A DNA stretch of 63,764 nucleotides, the filler included, from Chiloscyllium plagiosum (taxonomy: Eukaryota), in NCBI RefSeq assembly GCF_004010195.1. It is 6 parts of one record of this genome, joined end to end, with 100 filler letters (N's around TTAATTAATTAA, not from the genome) between each part and the next. Parts side by side here need not be neighbours in the genome. Positions count along the whole stretch, not along the records: positions 41,652 to 51,146 come from NC_057716.1; positions 51,247 to 59,162 come from NC_057716.1; positions 59,263 to 63,764 come from NC_057716.1; 3 more parts are not named here. One strand, 5' to 3'. Shown piece after piece: positions 47,648 to 60,552 of this stretch. The position numbers were made by a program, and so were the translations under genes. The number at the start of each line of letters is the position of its first letter. The first letter of the stretch is position 1. The notes under the pieces are model-generated. The model saw nothing but the letters and a program-made list of their open reading frames with translations, ran no database searches and had not been told where the DNA came from.

Positions 47648-50635
47648 CCCATGGCTCCGAAACTCAATCCCTCTACCAATAACTGCTAACACACCATATA
47701 CCTTCTTAACAACCCGACCAATCTGGGTGGCAACTTTCAGAGATGTTTGGACATGGACACCAAGATCTCTCTGCTCATTTACATTGCCAAAAATCTTACC
47801 ATTAACCCAATACTCATTATTCCTGTTGCTCCTTCCAAAGTGAATCACCTCACACTTTTCCACATTAAACTCCATTTGCCACTTCTCAGCCCAGCTCTGC
47901 AGCTTATCTATGTCCCTCTGTAACCTGCAACATCCTTCAGCACTAGCCACAACTCCACCGACCTTAGTGTCATCCGCAAATTTACTAACCCATCCTTCTA
48001 CACCCTCATCCAGATCATTTATAAAAATGACAAACAGCAGTGGACCCCAAACAGACCCTTGTGGTTACCCCACTAGTAACTAAACTCCAGGATGAACATT
48101 TCCCATCAACCACCGCGCTCTGTCTTCTTTCAGCTAGCCAATTTCTGATCCAAACCGCTAAATCACCCTCAATCCCATGCCTCTGTATTTTGTACAATAG
48201 CCTACCGTGGGGAACCTTATCGAACGCCTTGCTGAAATCCATATACACCACATCAACTGCTTTACCCTCATCTACCTGTTTGATCACCTTCTCAAAGAAC
48301 TCAATAAGGTTTGTGAGGCACAACCTGCCCTTCACAAAACCGTGTTGACTATCCCTAATCAAATTATTTCTTTCTAGATGATTATAAATCCTATCTCTTA
48401 TAATCCTTTCCAACACTTTACCCACAACCAAAGTAAGACTCACTGGTCTATAATTACCAGGGTGGTCCCGACTCCCCTTCTTGAACAAGGGAACAATATT
48501 TGCTATCCCCCAGTGTTCTGGCACTATTCCTGTAGACAATGATGACATAAAGATCAAAGCCAAAGGCTCAACAATCTCCTCCCAAGCTTCCCAGAGAAGC
48601 CTCGGATAAATCCCATCCAGCCCAGGGGACTTTCACATTTTCTAGAATTGCTGACACCTCCTCCTTATGAACCTCAATCCCGTCTAGTCTAGTAGCCTGT
48701 ATCTCAGTATTCTCCTCAACAACATTGTCTTTTTCCTGTGTGAATACCAATGAAAAATATTCATTTAGCGCTTCCCCTATCTCCTCTGACTCCACGCACA
48801 ACTTCCCCCCACTGTCATTGATTGGCCGTAACCTTACTCTAGTCATTCTTTTATTCCTGATCTACCTATAGAAAGCTTTAGGGTTTTCCTTGATCCTACC
48901 TGCCAACAACTTCTCATCTCCCCTCCTGGCTCTTCTTAGCCCTCTTTTTAGGTCTTTCCTGGCTAACCTGTAACTGAGCCTTCACGTCCCATCCTAACAT
49001 AAGCCTTCTTCTTCCTCTTGACAAGAGATTCAACTTGTTAGTAAACCATGGCTCCCTCTCTCGACCACTTCCTCCCTGCCTGACAGGTACATACTTATCG
49101 AGGACACACAGCAGCTGTTCCTTGAATAAGCTCCACATTTCAAGTGTGCCCATCCCCTGCAGTTTCCTTCCCCATCTTATGCATCCTAAATCCTGCCTAA
49201 TCGCATCATAATTGCCTTTCCCCCAGCTATATCTCTTGCCCTGCGGTATATACATATCCCTTTCCATTGCTAAAGTAAACATAACCGAATTATGGTCACT
49301 ATCACCCAACTGCTTACCAAATCTAACAGCTGGCCCGGTTCATTACCTAGAACCAAATCCAGTATGGCCTCGCCCCTTGTTGGCCTGTCTACATACTGTG
49401 CCAGGAAACCCTCCTGCACACACTGGACAATAACTGACCCATCTAAAGTACTTGAACTGTAGTATTCCCAGTCAATATTTGGAAAGTTAAATTCCCCCAT
49501 GACAACTACCCTGCTACTCTCGCTCCTGTCCAGAATTATCTTTGCTATCCTTTCCTCTACATCTCTGGGACTATTCGGAGGCCTGGAGAAAACCCCCAAT
49601 AGGGTGACCTCTCCTTTCCTGTTTCTAACCTCAGCCCATACTACCTGAGTAGATGAGTCCTCAAACTTACTTTCTGCTACCATAAAACTGTACTTGACTA
49701 ACAATGCCACTTTTACCAACTTCCCTGTGCTTAATGAAACATCTAAACCCCAAAACCTGCGACAACCATTCCTGTCCCTGCTCTATCCATGTCTCTGAAA
49801 TGGCCACAACATCGAAGTCCCAGGTACCAACCCATGCTGCAAGTTCACCACCTTATTCCGGATGTTCCTGGTGTTAATGTAGACACACTTCAAACTACCT
49901 TCCTGATTGCCGGTGAACTCTTGTGACCTTGAAATCATATTTCTGACCTCACTACTCTCAACCTCCTGGACACTGGAACTACAATGTAGGTTCCCATCCC
50001 CCTACTGAGTTAGTTTAAATCCTCCCAAAGAGCATTAGCAAACTCCATCCACCCCCCCAGGTTATTGGTACCCCTCTGGTTCAGATGAAGACCATCCTGC
50101 TTGTAGAGGTCCCACCTACCCCAGAAATGCCCCAATTATCCAGGAATCCAAAACCCTCCTTCCTGCACCATCCCTGTAGCCAGGTGTTCAACTCCTCTCT
50201 TTCCCTATTCCTCGCCTCACTCCTCACAACATCGTGGGCCGAAGGGCCTGTTCGGTGCTGTACTTTTCTACGTGGCACTAAGCTTCCACCCTAGTTCCCT
50301 GAATTTCTGCCTTAAATCCCCATACCTTTTCCTACGTATGCCATTGGTGCCTATGTGAACCACAGCTTGGGGCTGCTCCCCCTCCCCCTCATGGATTCCC
50401 AAAACACGATCTGAGACATCACGGGCCCTGGCACCTGGGAGGCAACACACCAACCATGAGTCTCTCTCGTCCCCACAGAACCTCCTATCTGTCCCCCTAA
50501 CTATGGTGTCCCCAGTGACAACTGCTCTGCTCCTCTTCCCCCTTCCCCTCTGGGCAGCAGGGACAGACTCTGCCTGTACATAATGGTTTACCCCTGGTAA
50601 GTCGTTCCCCCAACAGTAACCAAAACGGTAGACTT
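47648..50635 (-). mobile_element. Long CR1 LINE with ORF1 (SGNH esterase-like), APE endonuclease and RT; multiple frameshifts
   Basis: VCCLPGARARDV...VVHIGTN (ORF1); DVVAISETW, FNFPNIDW and LDLVL (endonuclease); NYRPVSLT, QHGF and FADD (RT). Confidence 0.92.
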
Positions 50636-50639
50636 GGAC

Positions 50640-50800
50640 AATGGATTCATGGTCATCATTAGACTCCTAATTCCAGATTTTGATTGAATTCGAATTCCAC
50701 AATCTGCCATGGTGGGAGTTGAACCCAGAACCTCAGATTGTTATCTGGGTCTCTGGATTAACATTCTTTCATAACACCACCCAGCTAACGCATCCCTGCC
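50640..50800 (-). mobile_element. Second tRNA-SINE family, fragment (related copy at 53536-53760 +)
   Basis: Reverse complement GGGTTCAACTCCCACCATGGCAGA...TCTGGAATTAGGAGTCTAATGATGACCATGAATCCATTG, shared with 53536-53630. Confidence 0.55.
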
Positions 50801-51381
50801 TCAGCCAGGTATTTGTAATATCTGTGGTGTCCCAATCCCATGTTTATCAGCCTTACCTGTAAGACCCCTTGCATTGTAATAATGCAATTTAGTTTGAGTC
50901 ATACAGTCATACAACATAGTAACAGACCCTTCGATCCAACCAGTCTATGCCGACCATAATCGCAAATTAAAATTAAACTAGACCTCCCCGGCCTGGACGT
51001 GAACCATATCCCTCCAAACCTCTCTTGTTCATGTCCTTATCCAAATGTCTGTTAAACGTTGTAACTGTAGCCACATCCAGCATTTCCTTTAGAAATTCAT
51101 CCCACACACGAACCACTCTCTGTGCAAAAAAAGTTGTTCCTCGTGCNNNNNNNNNNNNNNNNNNNNNNNNNNNNNNNNNNNNNNNNNNNNTTAATTAATT
51201 AANNNNNNNNNNNNNNNNNNNNNNNNNNNNNNNNNNNNNNNNNNNNTATCCTATCCATGCCCACCATATTTTTTATATCTCAATCATGTTCCCCCTTCCT
51301 CAGTCTCCTCTACAGTTGGCAGAATGGCCCCAGTTTCTCCAATGAGTCCATCCAAGTCAAGTCCCTCACTCTTGGAGCTAT

Positions 51382-51886
51382 CCCTGTGATTGTATATTTT
51401 TTGTCTTTATTACCCTCTTTCTGAAACCTTCACATCTCCTTCCAAACCTGTGGTGTCTCGAACCAGACACAATGCTCTACACAGAATCACTCAGAGGAAA
51501 TAAGGACACAAACAAGATCACCCTGTCTCATGTTGACACCAAACCTGACACCACAGGTACGTCCAGCATGAAGGGTAGGAGGAGGCTGGTTTGAGGTGTC
51601 ACATGTTGGGAATTGTTGAGTGCAGTGACTAGCTGACAGGTTGTGCAATGAGTCCAGCAACAAAATGAGAAATGATTAAGGAACATCCTCCTCTGAACTC
51701 CTCCACATCCACCAGACATTTCAGAAACATATTCACTGCTGCCTCTGGCCTGAGTTCAAACCCCCATCCCCCACCGTGGGCCCTGGATTAAGTCAGGAAG
51801 CCTGACTGAAAACAAAGATCATTTATTATTGCTTCTGCATTCAATAGGTTTATAGCTGGTCCAATATAACCACACCTCCCCTTTTT
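51382..51886 (+). repeat. 505-bp inverted repeat, left arm
   Basis: Reverse complement of 53031-53535; identical 63-aa ORFs at 51528-51719(-) and 53198-53389(+). Confidence 0.95.
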
Positions 51887-52127
51887 TTACCTGTCCCTGT
51901 AACACTTGATTTCCTGACTAATCAAGAGTCCAATCCTCTCATTAATTAGAGATGAGGACTTTGACCCCTCCACTACGCTTTCAAACCATTCTTCAGAGTT
52001 ACTACAGACTCTGACTCTCTTGTGTCTTTCTTTTCTAATTTATGTGCTCTCCCCACATTCAGAACCTTCCCTATCAAACCCTCCAAATACACTGCTACTT
52101 AGAATTCCTCCACTCCCCCTCTTTACC

Positions 52128-52486
52128 AGTATAAAGTCACCCTTAATGGAATGAGAAAATCTCTCTGCTAAGATATTGGTCCTTTTCCAATTTAGGTTAG
52201 ACCCATCCTTTTTTAACAGGTCTTTTCTATTCCAAAATACATTCCAATTGTCTAAAAACCTGAATCCCTGAACAATACACCAGCTCTTCAGCCATTGATT
52301 TATCTCCTTTCACCATTTTTTCATTCCCTCGTTTGAGTTTGGCATTGGGAGTAAACCAGAAATTACTACTTTTAAAATTCTATTTTTTAATCTTTGCCGA
52401 GCCTCTTATATTCACTCTGTACCTGCTGTAATCTCTTCCCTAAGAATGGCATTCCTTCCAATCTGTACAATAATTACCGGCTTCCC
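52128..52486 (-). mobile_element. Divergent AT-rich CR1 ORF1 esterase fragment
   Basis: KPVIIVQIGRN...KVVISGLLP...INQWLKSWC...GFRFLDNWNVFW...KDGSNLNWKRTNILA. Confidence 0.7.
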
Positions 52487-53030
52487 TATAGAGAGAGATC
52501 TCGGCCACAGGATAATATAGGTCCTTGGGTGAGTGAGTCCCATAGAGAGATGACAATACCAGAGAGAGAGAGAGAGAGAGAAAGAGAGATGCCAGGCCCA
52601 GAAGAAATGACAAAGATAGCAGGAAAATCCCCAGAATGAGAAAGAGACATAACTCAAAGGTAATGATCAATTTCAAAGAGTGATCCTGAAAAGAAAGCAT
52701 GTGTGAAGAGATCACGGAGAGGGCCCAGGCAGCGAGGTCCTCTCAGGATATTCCAGGCAGAGATTCAACAAATCCCAGAGTGAAACCAAACACATCTATT
52801 TTCAAGGATTATGAAAACTTGGACGATTGCTGGTTGGGAAAGAAGTTACTGTCTGAAAATCAAAAGATAAAAGCAATTGTAAGGCCATTAGAAATGGCAA
52901 CAGAATTAGGCCATTTGGCCCATCGGGTCTGCTCCAGCATTCAGCCATGGCTGATTGGCTTCTTAGCAGAAGCAATAGCTGTGTGGTATTGTTATTACTG
53001 GATTTATTTTAATCCCCCCCCCCCCCAGGC

Positions 53031-53535
53031 AAAAAGGGGAGGTGTGGTTATATTGGACCAGCTATAAACCTATTGAATGCAGAAGCAATAATAAATGATC
53101 TTTGTTTTCAGTCAGGCTTCCTGACTTAATCCAGGGCCCACGGTGGGGGATGGGGGTTTGAACTCAGGCCAGAGGCAGCAGTGAATATGTTTCTGAAATG
53201 TCTGGTGGATGTGGAGGAGTTCAGAGGAGGATGTTCCTTAATCATTTCTCATTTTGTTGCTGGACTCATTGCACAACCTGTCAGCTAGTCACTGCACTCA
53301 ACAATTCCCAACATGTGACACCTCAAACCAGCCTCCTCCTACCCTTCATGCTGGACGTACCTGTGGTGTCAGGTTTGGTGTCAACATGAGACAGGGTGAT
53401 CTTGTTTGTGTCCTTATTTCCTCTGAGTGATTCTGTGTAGAGCATTGTGTCTGGTTCGAGACACCACAGGTTTGGAAGGAGATGTGAAGGTTTCAGAAAG
53501 AGGGTAATAAAGACAAAAAGTATACAATCACAGGG
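53031..53535 (-). repeat. 505-bp inverted repeat, right arm
   Basis: Reverse complement of 51382-51886; only one mismatch noticed, near the outer end. Confidence 0.95.
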
Positions 53536-53769
53536 CCAAATCCCACCACAGCAGATAGTGACAATTGAATTCAGTTTTTAAAATATCTGGAATTAAGGGT
53601 CTAATGATGATCATGAATCCATTGCCAATTGCCAGAAAATCCTATCTGGTTCACTAATGTCCTGTAGGGAAGGAAACTGGCAGCATTACCTGGTCTGATC
53701 TGGTCTGGTCTACATGTGACTCCAGACCCACAGCAATGTGGTTCATTCTTACCTGACCTCATCTTACGT

Positions 53770-54890
53770 TTCAGTCAGAACCCCCTCATCATTCTCAACC
53801 CCATCGACTACACATCCAGAGTCCTCAACCACTCCTCACGCGACAAGCCCTTCATCCCTGGGATCATTCTTGTACACCTCCTGTGGACCCTCTCCATCGC
53901 CAGCACATCCTTCCTTAGATACGGGGCCCAATACTGCTCACAGTATTCCAGATGCAGACTGACCAGAGCCTTATACAGCCTCAGCAGGCAATCTCTGCTC
54001 TTGTATTCTAGCCTTCTTGAAATGCTAACATTGCGTTGGCCTTTCTAACTACCATCTGAACTTGCACGTTAACCTTTAGAGATTTCCGCACTCGGACTCA
54101 TAAATCTCTGAAGCCTTTCCGCATATAGAAAATAGTCTCTGTCTCTATTCTTCCTACCAAAGTGCATAACCTCACAGTTTCCCATATTGTATTCTATCTG
54201 TCACACACATGCCCACTCTCCCAGCTTGTCTAAGTCCTTCTGCAGCCTCCCCACATCCTCAACACTATCTCTCCCTCCACCTGTCTTTGTATGATCTGTA
54301 AATTTAGCAACAATGCCCTCAGTTGTTTCGTCCAGAGCGTTAATGTATAATTGTGGTCCCAACACTGACTCCTGTGAAACTCCACTCATCACCAGCTGCC
54401 ATCCTGAAAAAGCCCCTTTATCCCCACTCCCTGCCTTCTGCCAGTCAGCCAATCCTCTATCCAGGCCAGTACCTTGTCCCGAACACCATGGGCTCTTGTC
54501 TAATTTAACAGCCTCCTGTGTGGCACCTTGTCAAAAGCCTTCTATAAATCCAAACAGATCATGTCCACTGGCTCTCCTTTGTCTAACTTGCTCATTGCAT
54601 TTTCGAAACATTTGAATGCATTTGTCAGGCATGACCTTGATGAAGCCATGTTGACTCAGCCCTGCTTCATCGTGCACTTTCAAATACTCCACAATCTCAT
54701 CCGTAATCATGGGCCCCACCAATGACTGAGGTCAGTTTAACCAGCCCATTGTTTCCTCTTTCTGCTTCCCTCCCTATTTGTAACAGGGCTGTTACATTTG
54801 CCACTTTCCTGTCCTCTGGGATCCTCCCAGACTCCAGTGATTCCTGAAAGATCACCACCAATGCTTCTACAATCTCCTCAGCTCCCTATG
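53770..54890 (-). mobile_element. Degenerate CR1 RT fragment
   Basis: SQHGF, SGVSQESVLGPQL, AKFTD and LQKDLDKLGEWA motifs. Confidence 0.8.
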
Positions 54891-55580
54891 GATTGTCGGT
54901 GCTGTACAAAATGTGAAACTTTTTGAGAGAAGAACCTTTAAAAGAGAGATTACAAAATAGGACCATGAGGCCTAGGGTCAGAAGTAGGATCACCCTCTTG
55001 CCCACTTTCCTGCTTTTCCCCATAATCCTTGATTGCCTGAGAAATCCGCTGTCTTAGCCTTGAGATTCTTCTACATTGCAAAGATTACAGCTGCTGGATT
55101 CCAGCCTTCGTGACAGCTTGGTCTGCAGCTGAGAGCTATGGAGTAATGGAGCTTTGGTCAGAAACACGTAGCTGATTGGTCTGTGGATTGGTGACCCATA
55201 ATCGATGGCAAAGGCCTTCTGTGTGGAAAAAAACAATGTGATTGGCTCTCAAGCTGCTGGACAGCTTGTGGGTGTGTTGTTCAGAAGAAGCAAGCCTCTG
55301 ATTGGGCAGGAGCTGTGTCTTGTCTGCGGTGAAAAGCATCTCAAGGCTGAATAGCCAGCTCATTTCCGAGTTTTAGTTGCTGTAAGCTGTAATCTTTAAA
55401 TAATAATTCCCCGATCTTTATAAGTGTGAATTGGCAATCCCATACCTACTATAAACTAGAGTAAGTATCTGGAGAAAGTAAAGCGAGACTCAGTATTCTG
55501 ATCAACAAAAGAATGATCTCATCAAACCCTGCAGACTACCTTCACAATCTTTCCTCACACCCAAACACACAGGTTTTTGT

Positions 55581-58500
55581 TGTGTCTGTCTGTGTGTACG
55601 TGTGTGTACATCTGTGTGTACGTGTGTGTACATCTGTATGTATGTGTGTGTGCATCTGTATGTATGTGTATGTACATCTGTATGTACGTGTGTGTACATC
55701 TGTATTTACATGTGTGTACATCTGTATGTATGTATGTGTACATCCGTATGTATGTGTATGTACATCTGTATGTACGTGTTTGTACATCTGTATGTATGTG
55801 TGTGTGCATCTGTTTGTATGTGTATGTACATCTGTATGTATGTGTGTGTACATCTGTATTTACATGTGTGTACATCTGTATGTATGTATGTGTACATCTG
55901 TATGTATGTGTGTGTACATCTGTATGTACGTGTGTGTACACCTGTATGTATGTGTGTACATCTGTATGTATGTGTGTATATATGTATGTATGTATGTGGG
56001 TACATCTGTATGTATATGTGTACATCTGTATGTATGCGTGTGAACAACTTTATGTATGTGTGTGCATCTGTATGTCTATGTGTGTATATCTGTATGTATG
56101 TGTGTACATCTGTATGTATGTGTGTGTACACCTGTATGTATGTATGTACATCTGTATGTATGTGTGTATACATCTGTGTGTACATACATACATACAGATG
56201 TACACACACATACATACAGATGAACACACACACATACATACATATGTACACACATACATACAGATGTACACACATACATACAGATGTACACATACATACA
56301 TACAGATGTATGTATGTATGTGTACATCTGTATGTATGTGTGTACATCTGTATGTACGTGTGTGTACACCTGTATGTATGTGTGTACATCTGTATGTATG
56401 TGTGTGTACATCTGTATGTATGTGTGTACATGTGTATGTATGTGTGTACATCTGTATGTACGCGTGTGCATCTGTAAGTACGTGTGTACATCTGTACGTA
56501 TGTGTGTGCATCTGTATGTACGTGTGTACATCTGTATGTATGTGTGTACATCTGTATGTATGTGTGTACATCGTATGTACGTGTGTGTACGTTTGTATGT
56601 ATGTGTGTACATCTGTGTGTGTACATCTGTATGTATGCGTGTGCCCATATGTATGAATGTGTGTACATCTGTATGTATGTGTGTACATCAGTACGTGTGT
56701 GTACATCTGTATGCATGTGTGCATCTGTATGTATGCATGTGCACATCTGTATGTATGTGAATGCATCTGTATGTATGTGTGTGCATCTGTATGTATGTGC
56801 GTGTGCATCTGTAAGTATGTGTGTGTACATTCGTATGTGTGTAATTTGTATGTACGTGTGTACATCTGTATGTATGTGTGTGTGCATCTGTAAGTATGTG
56901 TGTGTACATCCGTATGTGTGTAATCTGTATGTACGTGTGTACATCTGTATGTATGTGTGTGCATCTGTATGTAAATGTGTGCATCTGTATGCATGTGTGT
57001 GTACATCTGTATGTATATTTGTATATCTGTATGTATGTTTGTACATCTGTATGTATGTGTGTACATCTGTATGTGTGTGTACATCTGTATGTATGTGTGT
57101 GTACATCTGTATATATGTGTGAGCATCTGTATGTACGTGTGTGCATCTGTATGTATGTGTGTACATCTGTATGTATGTGTGTACATCTGTATGTATGTGT
57201 GTGCATCTCTATGTACGTGTGTATCTGTGTGTGTGTGCATCTGTATGTATGTATGTGTATATCTGTATGTGTGTACATCTGTATGTATGTGTGTATACAT
57301 CTGTATGTATGTGTGTGTGCATCTGTATGTATGTGTGTACATTTGTATGTACGTATGTGCATCTGTATGTACATGTGTACATCTGTATGTACGTGTGTGT
57401 ACATTTGTATGTATGTGTGTACATCTGTATGTATGTGTGTACATCTGCATGTACGTGTGTGCATCTGTATGTACGTGTGTATATCTGTATGTACATGTGT
57501 ACATCTGTATGTATGTGTGTACATCGTATGTACGTGTGTGTACATTTGTATGTATGTGTGTACATCTGTATGTCCGTGTGTGTACATCTGTATGTATGTG
57601 TGTACATCTGTATGTACGTGTTTACATCTGAATGTATATGTGTACATCTGTATGTACGTGTGTACATCTGTATGTATGTGTGTACATCGTATGTACGTGT
57701 GTGTACATTTGTATGTATGTGTGTACATCTGTATGTCCGTGTGTGTACATCTGTATGTATGTGTGTATACATCTGTATGTATGTGTGTGTGCATCTGTAT
57801 GTATGTGTGTACATCTGTATGTATGTGTGTACATCTGTATGTATGTGTGTACATTTGTATGTACGTGTGTGCATCTGTATGTACATGTGTAGATCTGTAT
57901 GTACGTGTGTGTACATTTGTATGTATGTGTGTACATCTGTATGTATGTGTGTACATCTGCATGTACGTGTGTGCATCTGTATGTACGTGTGTATATCTGT
58001 ATGTACATGTGTACATCGTATGTACGTGTGTGTACATCTGTATGTATGTGTGTACATCTGTATGTACGTGTGTGCATCTGTATGTACGTGTGTACATCTG
58101 TATGTACATGTGTGTACATTTGTATGTATGTGTGTACATCTGTATGTATGTGTGTACATCTGCATGTACGTGTGTGCATCTGTATGTACGTGTGTATATC
58201 TGTATGTACATGTGTACATCGTATGTACGTGTGTGTACATTTGTATGTATGTGTGTACATCTGTATGCATGTGTGTACATCTGTATGTCCGTGTGTGTAC
58301 ATCTGTATGTATGTGTGTACATCTGTATGTACGTGTTTACATCTGAATGTATATATGTACATCTGTATGTACGTGTGTACATCTGTATGTATGCGTGTAC
58401 ATCGTATGTACGTTTGTGTACATTTGTATGTACGTGTGTACATCTGTATGTCTGTGTGTGCACATCTGTGTCCCACTGTTTGTGTGTGTGTGAGAGTGTG
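55581..58500. repeat. ~20-22-bp TGTACATCTGTATGTATGTG satellite, ~2.9 kb, with an internal inverted block
   Basis: Direct inspection. Confidence 0.96.
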
Positions 58501-58748
58501 TGTGGAGGTGGAGATTATTAGAGGTTAGAATTCTAATTGGTTGAGTTATATGTTGACAGTTTATGATTGTTAACCTGTATCTCTATTCTAAGAATTTGGG
58601 ATCTGTGGTAATGGTTTGGTATGGAGCCTGGTTCAGGCACTGTATTGGCCTGGTTCTCATCGTCAGGGAACCTAGGGGGTTTTATACACTTTATTACATC
58701 TCTCACTCGGCTAACAACTCTGGGCATGTGTGCCTTGATTTCCAGCAT

Positions 58749-58905
58749 CTTACCCTGAGTGTGAGCTTCCACCCTCTCCTGTCCCCGGGCTCACACTACA
58801 CCTTACCCCGAGTGTGAGCTTCCACCCTCTCCTGTCCCCGGGCTCAGGCTACCCCTTACCCTGAGTGTGAGCTTCTACCCTCTCCTGTCCCCGGGCTCAG
58901 GCTAC
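58749..58905. repeat. 53-bp tandem repeat, 3 copies
   Basis: CTTACCC starts at 58749, 58802 and 58855. Confidence 0.9.
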
Positions 58906-59596
58906 GTTTGAATGACCCAGTCGGAAAGTGTAACTTCCTCCTGGAGCGGACCATGGCGGTAACCTGTCCCGTCCGTGACGCGGTACATTACCCACAGCTC
59001 TGACTGTTTCCTCGTTCTTTTTTTAGCTGCAAACACTTCCCATCGTCACCAGGCTCTGGATCACCTTCGTGTAGCAGAAGCACATCGCCAACTTCACCTC
59101 TGAGAGGGGAATACGGTGAGGGTGGGGGCTGTTGCAGTGTGTGGGGGTACAGTGAGTATGGGNNNNNNNNNNNNNNNNNNNNNNNNNNNNNNNNNNNNNN
59201 NNNNNNTTAATTAATTAANNNNNNNNNNNNNNNNNNNNNNNNNNNNNNNNNNNNNNNNNNNNCCCTAATCTTACTGAAACATCTGTAACCAGGAACCTCC
59301 AACAACCATTCCTGTCCCTCTTCTATCCACGTTTCCGTGATGGCCACAACATCGTAGTCCCAAGTACCAATCCACGCCTTAAGTTCACCCACCTTATTTC
59401 TGAAGCAGTTGAGAATTCCTCATTGAATGTTTTTAAGACAAAGATAGATGGATTTTTGAACCATAGAGGAATTAAGATTTATGGTGAGAGGGCGGGTAAG
59501 GAGCTGAGGCCGTGGAAGGATCAGCCATGATCTTATTGAATGGCAGAGCGGGCTCGAAGGGCCAGACGGCCTACTCCTGCTCCTGGTACTTATGTG

Positions 59597-60551
59597 GCCC
59601 AAGTAGGTCACTCAGAGTGCCTGGAACATATGTTTCCCTTCTAAGGCATACATCCACCTGGGAGAAATGTCTAAGGACTAGGTCCAGTTCTCTAGTGCTC
59701 CTTATTGACCTTCCCAGTTATTAGCATGCCATCCAGATAATTGGCAACCTGGGGTAGACATTGTAAAATGCTCTCCATCGTCTGCTGGAAAATGGCATAG
59801 GCTGACCACACCCCACATGGCAATCTTGTAAATTGGTACAAGCCCCTTATGGGTATTAGTTATAACATACTCCTAGGAATCCTCATCTAACCACAATTGC
59901 AGGTACACTTGACTCATGTCCAGCTTTGTGAAGGACAGACCCCCCCCCCCACCTTTCCGGCTCTTGCTTTGTATACAAATCCTCGATGTGAGGGATTGGG
60001 TATTTATCCAGCTGTGAGAAGTGGTTTACCATTTGCTTAACATCCCCATAACAGTGAACTGACCCCTCAGGGCTTCACAATCAGCACGACTGGTGCTGCC
60101 CATTAGGGACATTGAAGCGACTGCTGGACATGCACATGGACAGCAGGGAGTTGAGGGCTAATTTTAGTTTAGATTAGAAATAATCCTCCGCACAACATCG
60201 TGGGCCGAAGGGCCTGTTCTGTGCTGTACTTTTCTATGTTCTATGTTCTAAACTGGATTGGTTTAATGGTTCCTTTGCTTCCAGATTTCAGCCTCCTGAT
60301 TCCTGCTTCTACCTTTGTCTGTAAGACAAATGGGTGAAAGTGAGGACTGCAGATACTGGAGGTCAGAGTCTAGATTAGAGCGGTGCTGGAAAAGCACAGC
60401 AGGTCAGGCAGCATCCGAGGAGCAGGAAAACCAATGTTTCGGGCAGGAGACCTTCATCAGGAAAGACACTGGACAGGCCTTCCAGAATCAGGGAATTGCT
60501 TCCGAGTGAACCTGCAAGATGGCCTTGGCTCCTTTGGTAGTTCCTGGACCT
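59597..60551 (-). mobile_element. Gypsy/Ty3 LTR-retrotransposon RT fragment with nested insertions
   Basis: WAAPVVLIVK...YPIPHIEDL...FTKLDMSQVYLQ...THKGLYQFTRLP...IFQQTMESIL...YLD. Confidence 0.8.
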
Positions 60552-60552
60552 T

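Noticed and set aside
51528..51719. Duplicated 63-aa ORF as a small gene pair
   Set aside because: A by-product of the inverted duplication; no recognisable domain or splice context.
51382..53535. piggyBac-like element (CCC...GGG termini)
   Set aside because: No TTAA or other TSD, no transposase, and the boundary falls inside an older CR1 fragment.
55502..58528. Long Cys/Val/Tyr-rich and His/Thr-rich ORFs (up to 591 aa); likewise 30151-32904
   Set aside because: Stop-poor satellites translated in all frames.
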